Shown here: positions 1 to 7,132 of the stretch, one piece after another
Position numbering within the stretch: position 1 is the stretch's first letter
Layout: the number at the start of each line of letters is the position of its first letter
Source of the DNA: an uncultured virus (IMG/VR IMGVR_UViG_3300036800_000376)
Taxonomy: Duplodnaviria; Heunggongvirae; Uroviricota; Caudoviricetes
Virus record (IMG/VR): IMGVR_UViG_3300036800_000376
Direction: 5' to 3' (one strand)
Length of the DNA stretch: 24,330 nt
The notes under the pieces: model-generated
Databases searched by the model: none
The model's input: only the letters and a program-made list of their open reading frames with translations
Told to the model about the DNA's origin: nothing
Program-made: the position numbers and the translations under genes

Positions 1-1
1 T

Positions 2-64
2 CGCGAAGCCACGACCGCCGCCGGCGCCGCGACCGCCGCCGCGATCAAAGCCCGACGCTCCTGA
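2..64 (+). CDS. 3' end of an unknown CDS running in from the left edge
   Basis: Open frame REATTAAGAATAAAIKARRS* with G/C-ending codons; TGA at 62-64. Confidence 0.35.
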   Translation, partial: REATTAAGAATAAAIKARRS

Positions 65-112
65 CCATCACACGAGCGACTTGCAATCTCGTCCGAGTAT
101 GTCGTCCCACCC

Positions 113-121
113 TGCTACGGT
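113..121 (+). promoter_or_regulatory. Putative extended -10 element for a leaderless transcript of the TA operon
   Basis: TGCTACGGT (TGn-TAnnnT) lies 8 nt before ATG 130; no good -35 seen. Confidence 0.35.
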
Positions 122-129
122 GGGATGGC

Positions 130-447
130 ATGCCTAACGAGAGCGTTCTGCGCGAGACCACGATCCCGGCCAACACTGTCCGCGTTCCCGAGCCCGAGCC
201 CGGCACCGCGGCGGTCATCCGCCGCTACCAGGAGGACCGCGCCGTCGTACTTCACCCAGCCGACTACGCGCAACTCGTACAGGACAGCAAGCTCATCGCC
301 TCCCTTGGCCGCCTCGACTCGCTCCCGACGTCCACCCCGCTCGAGCGCAAGGTCATAGCGTCGGTCGAGACTCCCGGCGCCGAGAGTCCGGTCCTGGAGG
401 ATCACGACGCGCTCACCGCATGGCTCGCGCTGGGCGAGGAGCAGTAG
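130..447 (+). CDS. Putative type II antitoxin, Phd/YefM-like
   Basis: AAVIRRYQEDRAVVLHPADYAQL resembles the Phd/YefM pattern (pvvItr.g...AVlv...dY..L); acidic C-terminus; overlaps a downstream toxin-like gene. Confidence 0.55.
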   Translation: MPNESVLRETTIPANTVRVPEPEPGTAAVIRRYQEDRAVVLHPADYAQLVQDSKLIASLGRLDSLPTSTPLERKVIASVETPGAESPVLEDHDALTAWLALGEEQ

Positions 448-980
448 TCGGCCGCGCCTTCTGGGCGCTCGCTCCGTTCATCCCCGCCGCACCGTTCCGA
501 CTCCACGCCGGCGCTGACCACCCCCCGATCACCGTCCCACAGGTGAGCACGCTGCGACGAGCCGCCCAACGCGGTGGCGACGTCGAGCTCACAGTACTCA
601 CCACAGCGAAGCTACGACCGGTGCTCGTGATCGCAGAGGCCTCGGACCCGTTCGACGGTCCAGCGGTTCTCGCGCTCCGTCTGCGACGCTTCTCCAAGCT
701 CACCGACGACGAGCAGGGCACCGTCCGCCAGGGCAAAGCCGAGAAGCTCTTCTACCTGCGCCCCGACCGGTTTCCTGGGCTCACCGAGGAGAACGCCGCG
801 GTGTTGCCGACTCTCATTCGCGTCGCACCCAACGCGCTCGATGAAACCAGCGACCTTGGAGGTCTCGACGAGAACGAGCTACGCGTCATACACGAGCGGA
901 TCGTCCGCTACTTCGGTCTCGACCTAACCGTTCTCGTCCGCCAGCTCCTGGAGAACCGGCTCCGCGACGTCCGCCACTAA
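420..980 (+). CDS. PemK/MazF-like endoribonuclease toxin
   Basis: KLRPVLVI motif; C-terminal NAAVLPTLIRV...LGGLDENELRVIHERIVRYFGL matches the PemK/MazF ending. Start is uncertain. Confidence 0.65.
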   Translation: MARAGRGAVVGRAFWALAPFIPAAPFRLHAGADHPPITVPQVSTLRRAAQRGGDVELTVLTTAKLRPVLVIAEASDPFDGPAVLALRLRRFSKLTDDEQGTVRQGKAEKLFYLRPDRFPGLTEENAAVLPTLIRVAPNALDETSDLGGLDENELRVIHERIVRYFGLDLTVLVRQLLENRLRDVRH

Positions 981-1023
981 GCAGGGATCCGTGACATCAA
1001 GCAAGCCGCCCCTTGTCAGATGG

Positions 1024-1515
1024 TTAGGTGGTCGCCCACCGCGCGCGCATCGGCGTGTTCTCGATGCGATCCACTAGCGCGTACAGCGATACCGGGTCCA
1101 GGTCCCGCAGGCGGGCGACCAGCGCGTCGGGGTCTTCCACCGCGGCCGCGAGCTCGGGGTTGCGCAGCGCGTCGGCGACTTCGGCCCAGAGGAGACGGGG
1201 AATGCTCAGGGGGGCGCTGCCCTGGTGAGTAGACCAGGCGATCTTGCTGATCACGTTGATCTCCTCGTCGGTGAAGGGCAACGGATTCGTCTCGTGAACG
1301 AGGTCGAGCAGCTGGTAGTAGCGGGCAGCATCGCGCTTCAGGATCAGCGATGGGCTGAGACCACAATCGAGACGCTTCGCGACCCATTCCGCGAGCGGAT
1401 CCCCGATCCGGAACTGAGCCAAATCGCGCGGCGTGACCTCCGGCACAGCGTGCGCATCCGCGCCCGTGCCAACGTGCGTATCGTCGTGCACATCCTTGAG
1501 GCTAGAGGGGGTCAT
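1024..1515 (-). CDS. Hypothetical protein, possible DNA-binding regulator of the element
   Basis: ATG 1515 with GGAG upstream. Beta-helix-helix-like segment (LAQFRIGDPLAEWVAKR...SPSLILKRDAARYYQLL) followed by a helical domain (LLWAEVADAL...DALVARLRDL). The longer ORF-track start at 1827 looks spurious. Confidence 0.7.
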   Translation of the reverse strand: MTPSSLKDVHDDTHVGTGADAHAVPEVTPRDLAQFRIGDPLAEWVAKRLDCGLSPSLILKRDAARYYQLLDLVHETNPLPFTDEEINVISKIAWSTHQGSAPLSIPRLLWAEVADALRNPELAAAVEDPDALVARLRDLDPVSLYALVDRIENTPMRARWATT

Positions 1516-1547
1516 ACTCTCAACGGCTCCTATGTGATTTGAAAAGG

Positions 1548-1599
1548 TTGTTAGACAAGCGTTTTCGACGGTCTTACCGCGAGTCCTTAGTCTACACGC
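1548..1599. promoter_or_regulatory. Cluster of GT-N3-AC dyads (putative operator) between divergent genes
   Basis: TTGT-TAG-ACAA (1548-1558) and CGGT-CTT-ACCG (1569-1579) in an AT-richer patch; related sequence at 8306-8328. Confidence 0.45.
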
Positions 1600-1833
1600 T
1601 TCCCGAAGATCCACCCGCGAAGCATCCCGCCCCTCCCCCGGTCTTTGCAGCCGCCCGTCGGACAGACTACGCGCCGGTCCTGACGCCGGGGGAAGCGCTC
1701 TCCGAGCCGGTCGCGCAGCCACTCGAGGCGGCGCGTCGTTCCAGCCACGCGCCGCGGTCGACTTGTCCGATTGCGACGATGTTCCCTGCTGCCTGCTGGT
1801 CCGGTGGTCCGAGGCGCGCGGGAGCATTACGCC

Positions 1834-2515
1834 GTGAACTCTCGGTTTGTCCTCGTCGCGGTACTCCTACTCGCGGTGGCAGGCGGATTCGCCTGGCTGG
1901 GCTACGTCCTCGGCACCGGCCGCTCGTCGGTCGATCGTGAAGACGCTCACGATCCCGGGGTCGTCGAGCCCGAGCTCTCGGCCCAGGACGCGTTAGCTGA
2001 CCGCCACCTTGACGCAGCCCGCCGCTTCTACGAGGCGATGGGGGCGTTCCGGGGACCACGCCGTCGGCTTCTGCGTCTTGCCAAGACGGCGAGCGAGTTC
2101 GCGGCGGTCTGCCGCGAGGCGGGCGAGGCAGGCCTGGAGTATCGCTCCTCGTCCGACGTCCAGGGAGCGATCAGGCCGCCTCGTGAGCTCGCGCGGTCGA
2201 GTCCGCGGGTTCCCGCCGTAGCGGAGTGGCGGCGCTTGGATCGTGCCTATGGAGGCGCTCACGGCACGAATGACCGATCCGGCGACCACGCTCAGTGAGC
2301 TCGCCCGGGCGCTCGACGAGCTCGGTGACGCCGCCACACACGTCGCCGGCGCACTCGGGGGTGGGGAGACCGTTGCGGAGCTCGCCGTCTGCAGCTTCTG
2401 CTTCAAAGCTGGCACTCAGGTCCGTCGCGTGGTCGCCGGCCCCGACGCCTTGATATGCGACGAGTGCATCCGCCTGTGCGTCGAGGTTCTCGATGACCAG
2501 CGCGGGGACAACTAG
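1834..2515 (+). pseudogene. Membrane-anchored helical protein with C-terminal ClpX C4-type zinc finger, split by a +1 frameshift near 2248
   Basis: GTG 1834 with GGAG RBS; N-terminal TM helix. Similarity to 8795..9253 continues across a frame change at 2245-2251. CSFC...VVAGPDALICDECIRLC is the ClpX zinc-binding motif. Confidence 0.7.
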
Positions 2516-2540
2516 CGTGAGCGCGGGTCACCATGGCGAA

Positions 2541-2558
2541 GCATGCATGCATGCATGC
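2541..2558. repeat. (GCAT)n tandem repeat, 18 bp, self-complementary
   Basis: GCATGCATGCATGCATGC read directly. Confidence 0.9.
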
Positions 2559-2791
2559 TGAAAGCACGTCGGGGCCCGACTGGAAACTGCGAACTGCACA
2601 TTTCCTATGCGTCCCGTGGCCCCGCGGGCGCGCTAGGACCAGGCGAGCTGCGCAGCCAGGTCGTCCGCAGCGGGTTAGCGACGACGCCAGCGAGGCCGAG
2701 TGCGACAGTGATGACCGCGGCTCGACGTCGGGGTGAGCGAGCAGGGATTCCAGCGAGCCCCAAACGGACCTGGATGTCTAACATGAACGGT

Positions 2792-3325
2792 GTGGCGACG
2801 CTGCCCGTTCATCGCATCGATGCGGATGTCTACGGACGTATGGTTGTCTCGGGCGCGCTGGACGGCGAACCGGTCGAATTGCTCGACGGGGTGCTCTGCA
2901 AGATGAGCCCGCAGGGTCCGGCCCACGCTCTGGTCATCCAGCTGCTCACGCGGCACTTTGCGGCGGCAGAGGCGTGGCTCAGGGTGCAGTTGCCGCTCCA
3001 GGTCGCGAGCGACTCTGTGCCGGAGCCCGATCTTGCGCTGGTGGAGCACAGGCCAAATCCAGACGCGCACCCGACCAGCGCGCTCGTCGTCGTGGAGATC
3101 GCGGTGAGCTCCCACGAGATCGACCGTGGTGTCAAGACGCGCCTCTACGGCACCGCCGGCGTGCCTGTGTACTGGCTCATCGATCAGCCCCACCGATCGA
3201 TCGAGGTCCGCACGCAGCCGACGCCAGACGGTTATGCCGTGACCGACACGTACGGGCTAGGCGAGACGGTCCCCGCGCCTGCCGCCGGGGTCGGGACGCT
3301 CGAAATCGCCTGGCTGCTGGGTTGA
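2792..3325 (+). CDS. Uma2 family (DUF820) PD-(D/E)XK putative endonuclease
   Basis: VELLDG..MSP.GPAH, PEPDLALV, LVVVEIAVSS..DRGVK..LY..AGVPVYWLID. Start could be 2774, 2783 or 2792. Confidence 0.92.
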   Translation: MATLPVHRIDADVYGRMVVSGALDGEPVELLDGVLCKMSPQGPAHALVIQLLTRHFAAAEAWLRVQLPLQVASDSVPEPDLALVEHRPNPDAHPTSALVVVEIAVSSHEIDRGVKTRLYGTAGVPVYWLIDQPHRSIEVRTQPTPDGYAVTDTYGLGETVPAPAAGVGTLEIAWLLG

Positions 3326-3430
3326 GGAGCGCGGCCGTCGCCTCTACGCTCGGCGATCGCCTCGGCGCTTGCGCATCTGATTCCACGACCGCCCGGTAGC
3401 GATCAAGCTCGGGCGGTTTGAGCTAGTGCT

Positions 3431-3489
3431 CCCCGCGGCGTCGCGCTGGCCATCCCGCGGTAGGGGCCGCGAGGGCGCCAGCCGCGGGG
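3431..3489. terminator. Long imperfect GC-rich hairpin between convergent genes; possible bidirectional terminator
   Basis: CCCCGCGGC (3431-3439) pairs with GCCGCGGGG (3481-3489), with inner CTGGC/GCCAG and GCGG/CCGC pairing; no U tract. Confidence 0.35.
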
Positions 3490-3521
3490 GCTCGGTCGGG
3501 GCGCCCGTTGGTAGCAGCTCC

Positions 3522-3806
3522 TCAGGCCTCCGAAAGGCGTTTACAGGCGCCGGTGCGACGCTCGCCGGCGGCGCGCTCGCCTGACGCGGCGATTGTGCGG
3601 CTGCCTATCGGCCATCGCCTGGCAGAATCGGCCAAGATGCCCCCCATCGCGAACACGAGTAGCCACGTGCCTGTACGAAGTGAGGGCCCGAGCGCGACTT
3701 CGGCGATCGCGACCACGCACAGCCCCCCACCAACCAGGCGCATCGCGACGCCACCAAGAGCCCCGAACACCACCAGACCGACGAGAGCGACAGCGAGCGG
3801 GCTCAC
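3522..3806 (-). CDS. Small membrane protein, truncated or degenerate paralog of 3803..4267
   Basis: GTG start overlaps the upstream TGA (GTGA). MSPLAVALVGLVVFGALGGVAMRLVGGGL...GTWLLV aligns to the upstream gene, then diverges. Confidence 0.55.
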   Translation of the reverse strand: MSPLAVALVGLVVFGALGGVAMRLVGGGLCVVAIAEVALGPSLRTGTWLLVFAMGGILADSARRWPIGSRTIAASGERAAGERRTGACKRLSEA

Positions 3807-4267
3807 TTCTTCTTCCAGGGCCACCGCAGTAGGGGCCGCGGCGGTGGCGCTATCCACGGCGGTCGGGAGTCCTCGGGTGGCGTAAGTGTCGCCTGCGGCC
3901 CCTCAGGCCTGCTAGAGGAGCTCATCACCACAGTGGGAGATCTCGGCGGCCGTGGTTGTTCTCGTCGGAAGCGCGCAAAGGGGTTCGGTCGCCTTGAGGC
4001 GCGGAACCGCTCGAGGATCGCCATCGCCATCGTGCTCTTGTACATGGGGTGGCCGTCTATCTTGTGACCTGCCGCGTAATGCCATTGGCCGAGGAGCCAC
4101 ACCACACTCCCCATCACGAGCACAAGTAGCCACGTGCCCGGTGGGGAGCCGACCGCGATCGCCACGATCGCCACGATCGCGAGCAGGCCGCCGCCCAAAC
4201 GCATCGCAACGCCACCGAAGACCCAGAAGACGAACAGCGAGACAAGAATGACAGCGAGCGGGCTCAC
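3803..4267 (-). CDS. Small multi-pass membrane protein with Pro/Arg-rich tail
   Basis: MSPLAVILVSLFVFWVFGGVAMRLGGGLLAIVAIVAIAVG..GTWLLVLVMGSVVWLLG gives about three hydrophobic segments; GTGA-coupled at both ends. Confidence 0.7.
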   Translation of the reverse strand: MSPLAVILVSLFVFWVFGGVAMRLGGGLLAIVAIVAIAVGSPPGTWLLVLVMGSVVWLLGQWHYAAGHKIDGHPMYKSTMAMAILERFRASRRPNPFARFRREQPRPPRSPTVVMSSSSRPEGPQATLTPPEDSRPPWIAPPPRPLLRWPWKKK

Positions 4268-4443
4268 TGCGCGAATTGACGCCGTGGGCCGGGGAGCAGC
4301 GAGAGGAAGTCCCAAGGCCCGCTGGCGAGCGCCAGGAGCACGCCCGCGGCGATCATCAGCGGCGATCGCCACACAGCTGGACGGCGGCGCCAAGCAGGAA
4401 AGAGCAACCTGCCTGGCACCGTGACCGACCGCGACGGGCTCAC
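4264..4443 (-). CDS. 59-aa hypothetical single-TM protein (not in the ORF track)
   Basis: MSPSRSVTVPGRLLFPAWRRRPAVWRSPLMIAAGVLLALASGPWDFLSLLPGPRRQFAQ*; both start and stop are GTGA overlaps with its neighbours. Confidence 0.5.
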   Translation of the reverse strand: MSPSRSVTVPGRLLFPAWRRRPAVWRSPLMIAAGVLLALASGPWDFLSLLPGPRRQFAQ

Positions 4444-6596
4444 TTCTTGTGTTGCTTCTTGTGGCGGGCCTTGTGATGCTTCTTGTGGCGGGGCGTCGTC
4501 GTCGTCTTCTTCTTCTTCTTGGGGTGTCCGCCGACGAGCGCGTACCTACGGCCCGAAGATGCCGGCGCGTAGGGATAATTGCCTGACGGCAGCGACGCGA
4601 TCGAGAACCAGTACTTGCGGTGAACGCCTGGATAGCCGGCACCGAACGTGTAGGTGGTGGAGAAGCGCCCCTTGCCGGTGACGTACTCGTGCACGCCGTA
4701 GGTGCCGCGGGCGCGACCGAAGCCGTAGCGCAAACGTACGTTCACGCCTCCAGGTGGGAGGTACCCGCCGAGCAGCTGGCCGGTGATCCGCACGGTGTGC
4801 CCCCACGCGACGCGACTGGGAGAGATGCTGAGCAGCTTGACCTTCGCCGGCACGATCAGCTGCAACTGTGCCGAGCTCGTCGAGGCGATCGTGCTCGTGC
4901 CGCCGTACACCGCCTCCACCAGACGTCCGGGCCCAGGTGGCAGCGTTGCGGTCCACGTGCCATACGGCCCGGTCGTCGCGGTCGTCGTCTGCGTGAACGC
5001 ATTTGACCCGTTATCGGGCGACGTCATGATCGACACCGGCTGCCCGGCGAGCGCATCCCCGTTGGTGGCGAGGAGCCACCCAGAGACCACTGCGCTCTTC
5101 CCGTAACCGACGCGGAGCTTGCTCAGCTGGACCGCGTGCGGGAGTACCGGCACGCGCCGCTTCTTGCAATGCCCAGCGTGACAGACCTTCTTCACCACCA
5201 TCTGCGGATGGCAACGCGTGACCTTCCGGACGATCGTCCTCGCGCGGCGCTTGACGCTCACGAGCTTTCCGTGCCGGCGGACCTTCACCCAGTGCGCGGG
5301 GATCTTCTCGCGCTCGCGCACCTTCCCGCACTTCACGCCCTTGATCTTCGAGAACGTCGCCGCCATCGCCGAGGGCTGCTGAATATCCAGCCCCCAGGTC
5401 ACGGGCGCCCCCGATGACGCCGGAGCTCCAGCAGAATCGTAGGACTGATTAGTCGCGGTGCACGAAACCGAATGATTCCCCAGACCGGACACGGGGATGC
5501 TCGCCGGAGACGTCTTGTAGGACTGCGCGGGTCCACCGTCGACGGCGCAATCAATCGCCCCTAATCCACTTGGCCCAGTTGTCGCTGTCGCTGTCACGTA
5601 CTGAGTGCCCGCATTCGATGACGCTTGCGTGGGGCCGCTCAAGCTGACCGTTACTGGGGTCGAGTCCACGTGAATGGTCTCGGTAGGCGACGCCGGGTTC
5701 CCCGCCGCACTCGTGGCCGAGAGGACCAACTGCTGATCACCGCTTCCGCTCAGGGAGATCGTGGGCGACCACGTCTGAGTTCCCGGACACTGCTGCCACA
5801 CCGTATGGTTGGGGACCGGGCACCCCGGCGGTATCGGGAGCTGAACGGGCTGACCGTTCTCTGAGGCCGACATGGAGGCGATCCCCGACGGTGCGCTTGA
5901 ACTGTATGCGATCGACCACCCGGAGCCCCTCACATACTCTGACGCACCCTTGTACCACAGGTTGGTCGCTCCGATCGCGGTGACCGCAGGATTCACAGTC
6001 TCGTGTACATCGAGCTGAACATCGTCGACGAGGAAGGCAGCCGCGTCGGCCGGGCACTTAGTTCCCGACGGATTACACCCAAGATCGAAACCGAACTGGG
6101 TGGCCGCTAGCCCGCCCACGCTGTACGAGTGCCATGCGTCATCGACACGCTGGGGACCGCCACCTGTCCAGTAGAAGTCCGCAATGTAGCCGCTACCAAC
6201 GGTGTCAAATAGCTGCATGCTCGGAACGGACGCGCCAGCGATCTGGAGCCCCGCTGGTGCCGTTGCAATCCAACCTGACGACATGCCCGGCGGTACCGTG
6301 TTGACGCTGTCGTTAGCGAGCTGCAGACTCTCCTCTGCCTGACCGCAGTAGTTCGTGGTGACGATGCCGAACGTCTCGTAGCCGCTGAAAACGTTGTTGG
6401 CCCCGCCAGCGTCTTGCATGCCACACGCGTACACGGGCTCGTCGGCTTGTGCCGAGGCAACGACCTGGAGCGGCGCTGGCTCCATTGTCTCCATCGCGGA
6501 GGGCGCAAGCGACAGCACGGAAAATGCGAGGAGGCACGAGAGCAGAGCCTTCGAGGCGACGATGGAGCCACGGGCCATGGGAGATCGTTTACACAT
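4440..6596 (-). CDS. Large secreted/surface protein with probable Ig-like beta-sandwich repeats and basic Lys/His-rich segments
   Basis: AGGAAGG RBS before ATG 6596; signal-like N-terminus; Cys-paired Ser/Thr/Gly-rich beta region (AAGN..., VDST.., VDGG); two C-terminal modules (V.G.L....P..G..V...T...G.W/F); KKKKKTTTTPRHKKHHK tail. Confidence 0.85.
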   Translation of the reverse strand: MCKRSPMARGSIVASKALLSCLLAFSVLSLAPSAMETMEPAPLQVVASAQADEPVYACGMQDAGGANNVFSGYETFGIVTTNYCGQAEESLQLANDSVNTVPPGMSSGWIATAPAGLQIAGASVPSMQLFDTVGSGYIADFYWTGGGPQRVDDAWHSYSVGGLAATQFGFDLGCNPSGTKCPADAAAFLVDDVQLDVHETVNPAVTAIGATNLWYKGASEYVRGSGWSIAYSSSAPSGIASMSASENGQPVQLPIPPGCPVPNHTVWQQCPGTQTWSPTISLSGSGDQQLVLSATSAAGNPASPTETIHVDSTPVTVSLSGPTQASSNAGTQYVTATATTGPSGLGAIDCAVDGGPAQSYKTSPASIPVSGLGNHSVSCTATNQSYDSAGAPASSGAPVTWGLDIQQPSAMAATFSKIKGVKCGKVREREKIPAHWVKVRRHGKLVSVKRRARTIVRKVTRCHPQMVVKKVCHAGHCKKRRVPVLPHAVQLSKLRVGYGKSAVVSGWLLATNGDALAGQPVSIMTSPDNGSNAFTQTTTATTGPYGTWTATLPPGPGRLVEAVYGGTSTIASTSSAQLQLIVPAKVKLLSISPSRVAWGHTVRITGQLLGGYLPPGGVNVRLRYGFGRARGTYGVHEYVTGKGRFSTTYTFGAGYPGVHRKYWFSIASLPSGNYPYAPASSGRRYALVGGHPKKKKKTTTTPRHKKHHKARHKKQHKK

Positions 6597-6607
6597 CACA
6601 AGCCTTC

Positions 6608-7111
6608 CTACGGGCAGATCTCGGCAACGACTATCGGCAGCGGCCCGAACGCGTTCGTCCCAGCGGGCTCCATGAATACAGCTAGGCTCTCCCGCCCTGA
6701 GACAGAGGCACTCGAGTAGGTCGTAACGAATCCCGGGAGCCTGAACGGTGGGCTCGTCACGTTCGCAAGAGCGAAACACTTGCTCGATAGCTGACCGCGA
6801 AAGACGATGGTGCCGTTACCACTAGCCCATCCGGTAGTGGTCGCCGGCTCGCTGGAGGACACGACCTGTCCGCCTTGGCCAATCCGTGCCCAAAACACCA
6901 CCGACCCGGCGATCGAGCGACTGTTGAGCTTGGCGGCGGTGATCGCCCCGTTCGCAAGCTTTTTCTGGGTGACCGCGGCGTTGTGCAGTTGGCGGGTGCC
7001 GATGCTGCCGGCAGGGATGCTGATGGCGGCGTAGCTGGTGCCCCCGAGCGCGCAGAAGAGCGCGAGGTACCCAACTAAGTTCGCGCGAATGTGGCCTGTA
7101 AGTCGTGTCAT
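6608..7111 (-). CDS. Secreted protein with short beta repeats
   Basis: GGAGG RBS. ANLVGYLALFCALGGTSYAA signal followed by SIGTRQL/AVTQKKL/AITAAKL repeats, a pattern I recognise from Solirubrobacterales exported proteins. Confidence 0.85.
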   Translation of the reverse strand: MTRLTGHIRANLVGYLALFCALGGTSYAAISIPAGSIGTRQLHNAAVTQKKLANGAITAAKLNSRSIAGSVVFWARIGQGGQVVSSSEPATTTGWASGNGTIVFRGQLSSKCFALANVTSPPFRLPGFVTTYSSASVSGRESLAVFMEPAGTNAFGPLPIVVAEICP

Positions 7112-7132
7112 CCTCCCCTACCTCCTCGTTGG

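Noticed and set aside
1516..1827. N-terminal extension of the 1024..1827 ORF
   Set aside because: It runs through the AT-richer promoter/operator patch, and a better start with an RBS exists at 1515.
2243..2515. Stand-alone clpX gene or fragment
   Set aside because: Only the zinc-binding motif is present, with no AAA+ domain. It is better explained as the C-terminus of the frameshifted 1834 gene.
2543..2773. Long N-terminal extension of the Uma2 ORF
   Set aside because: It starts inside the GCAT repeat; Uma2 similarity only begins near 2792.
4440..4520. CTT/GTC triplet runs as a DNA repeat or array
   Set aside because: They simply encode the Lys/Thr/His-rich protein tail.
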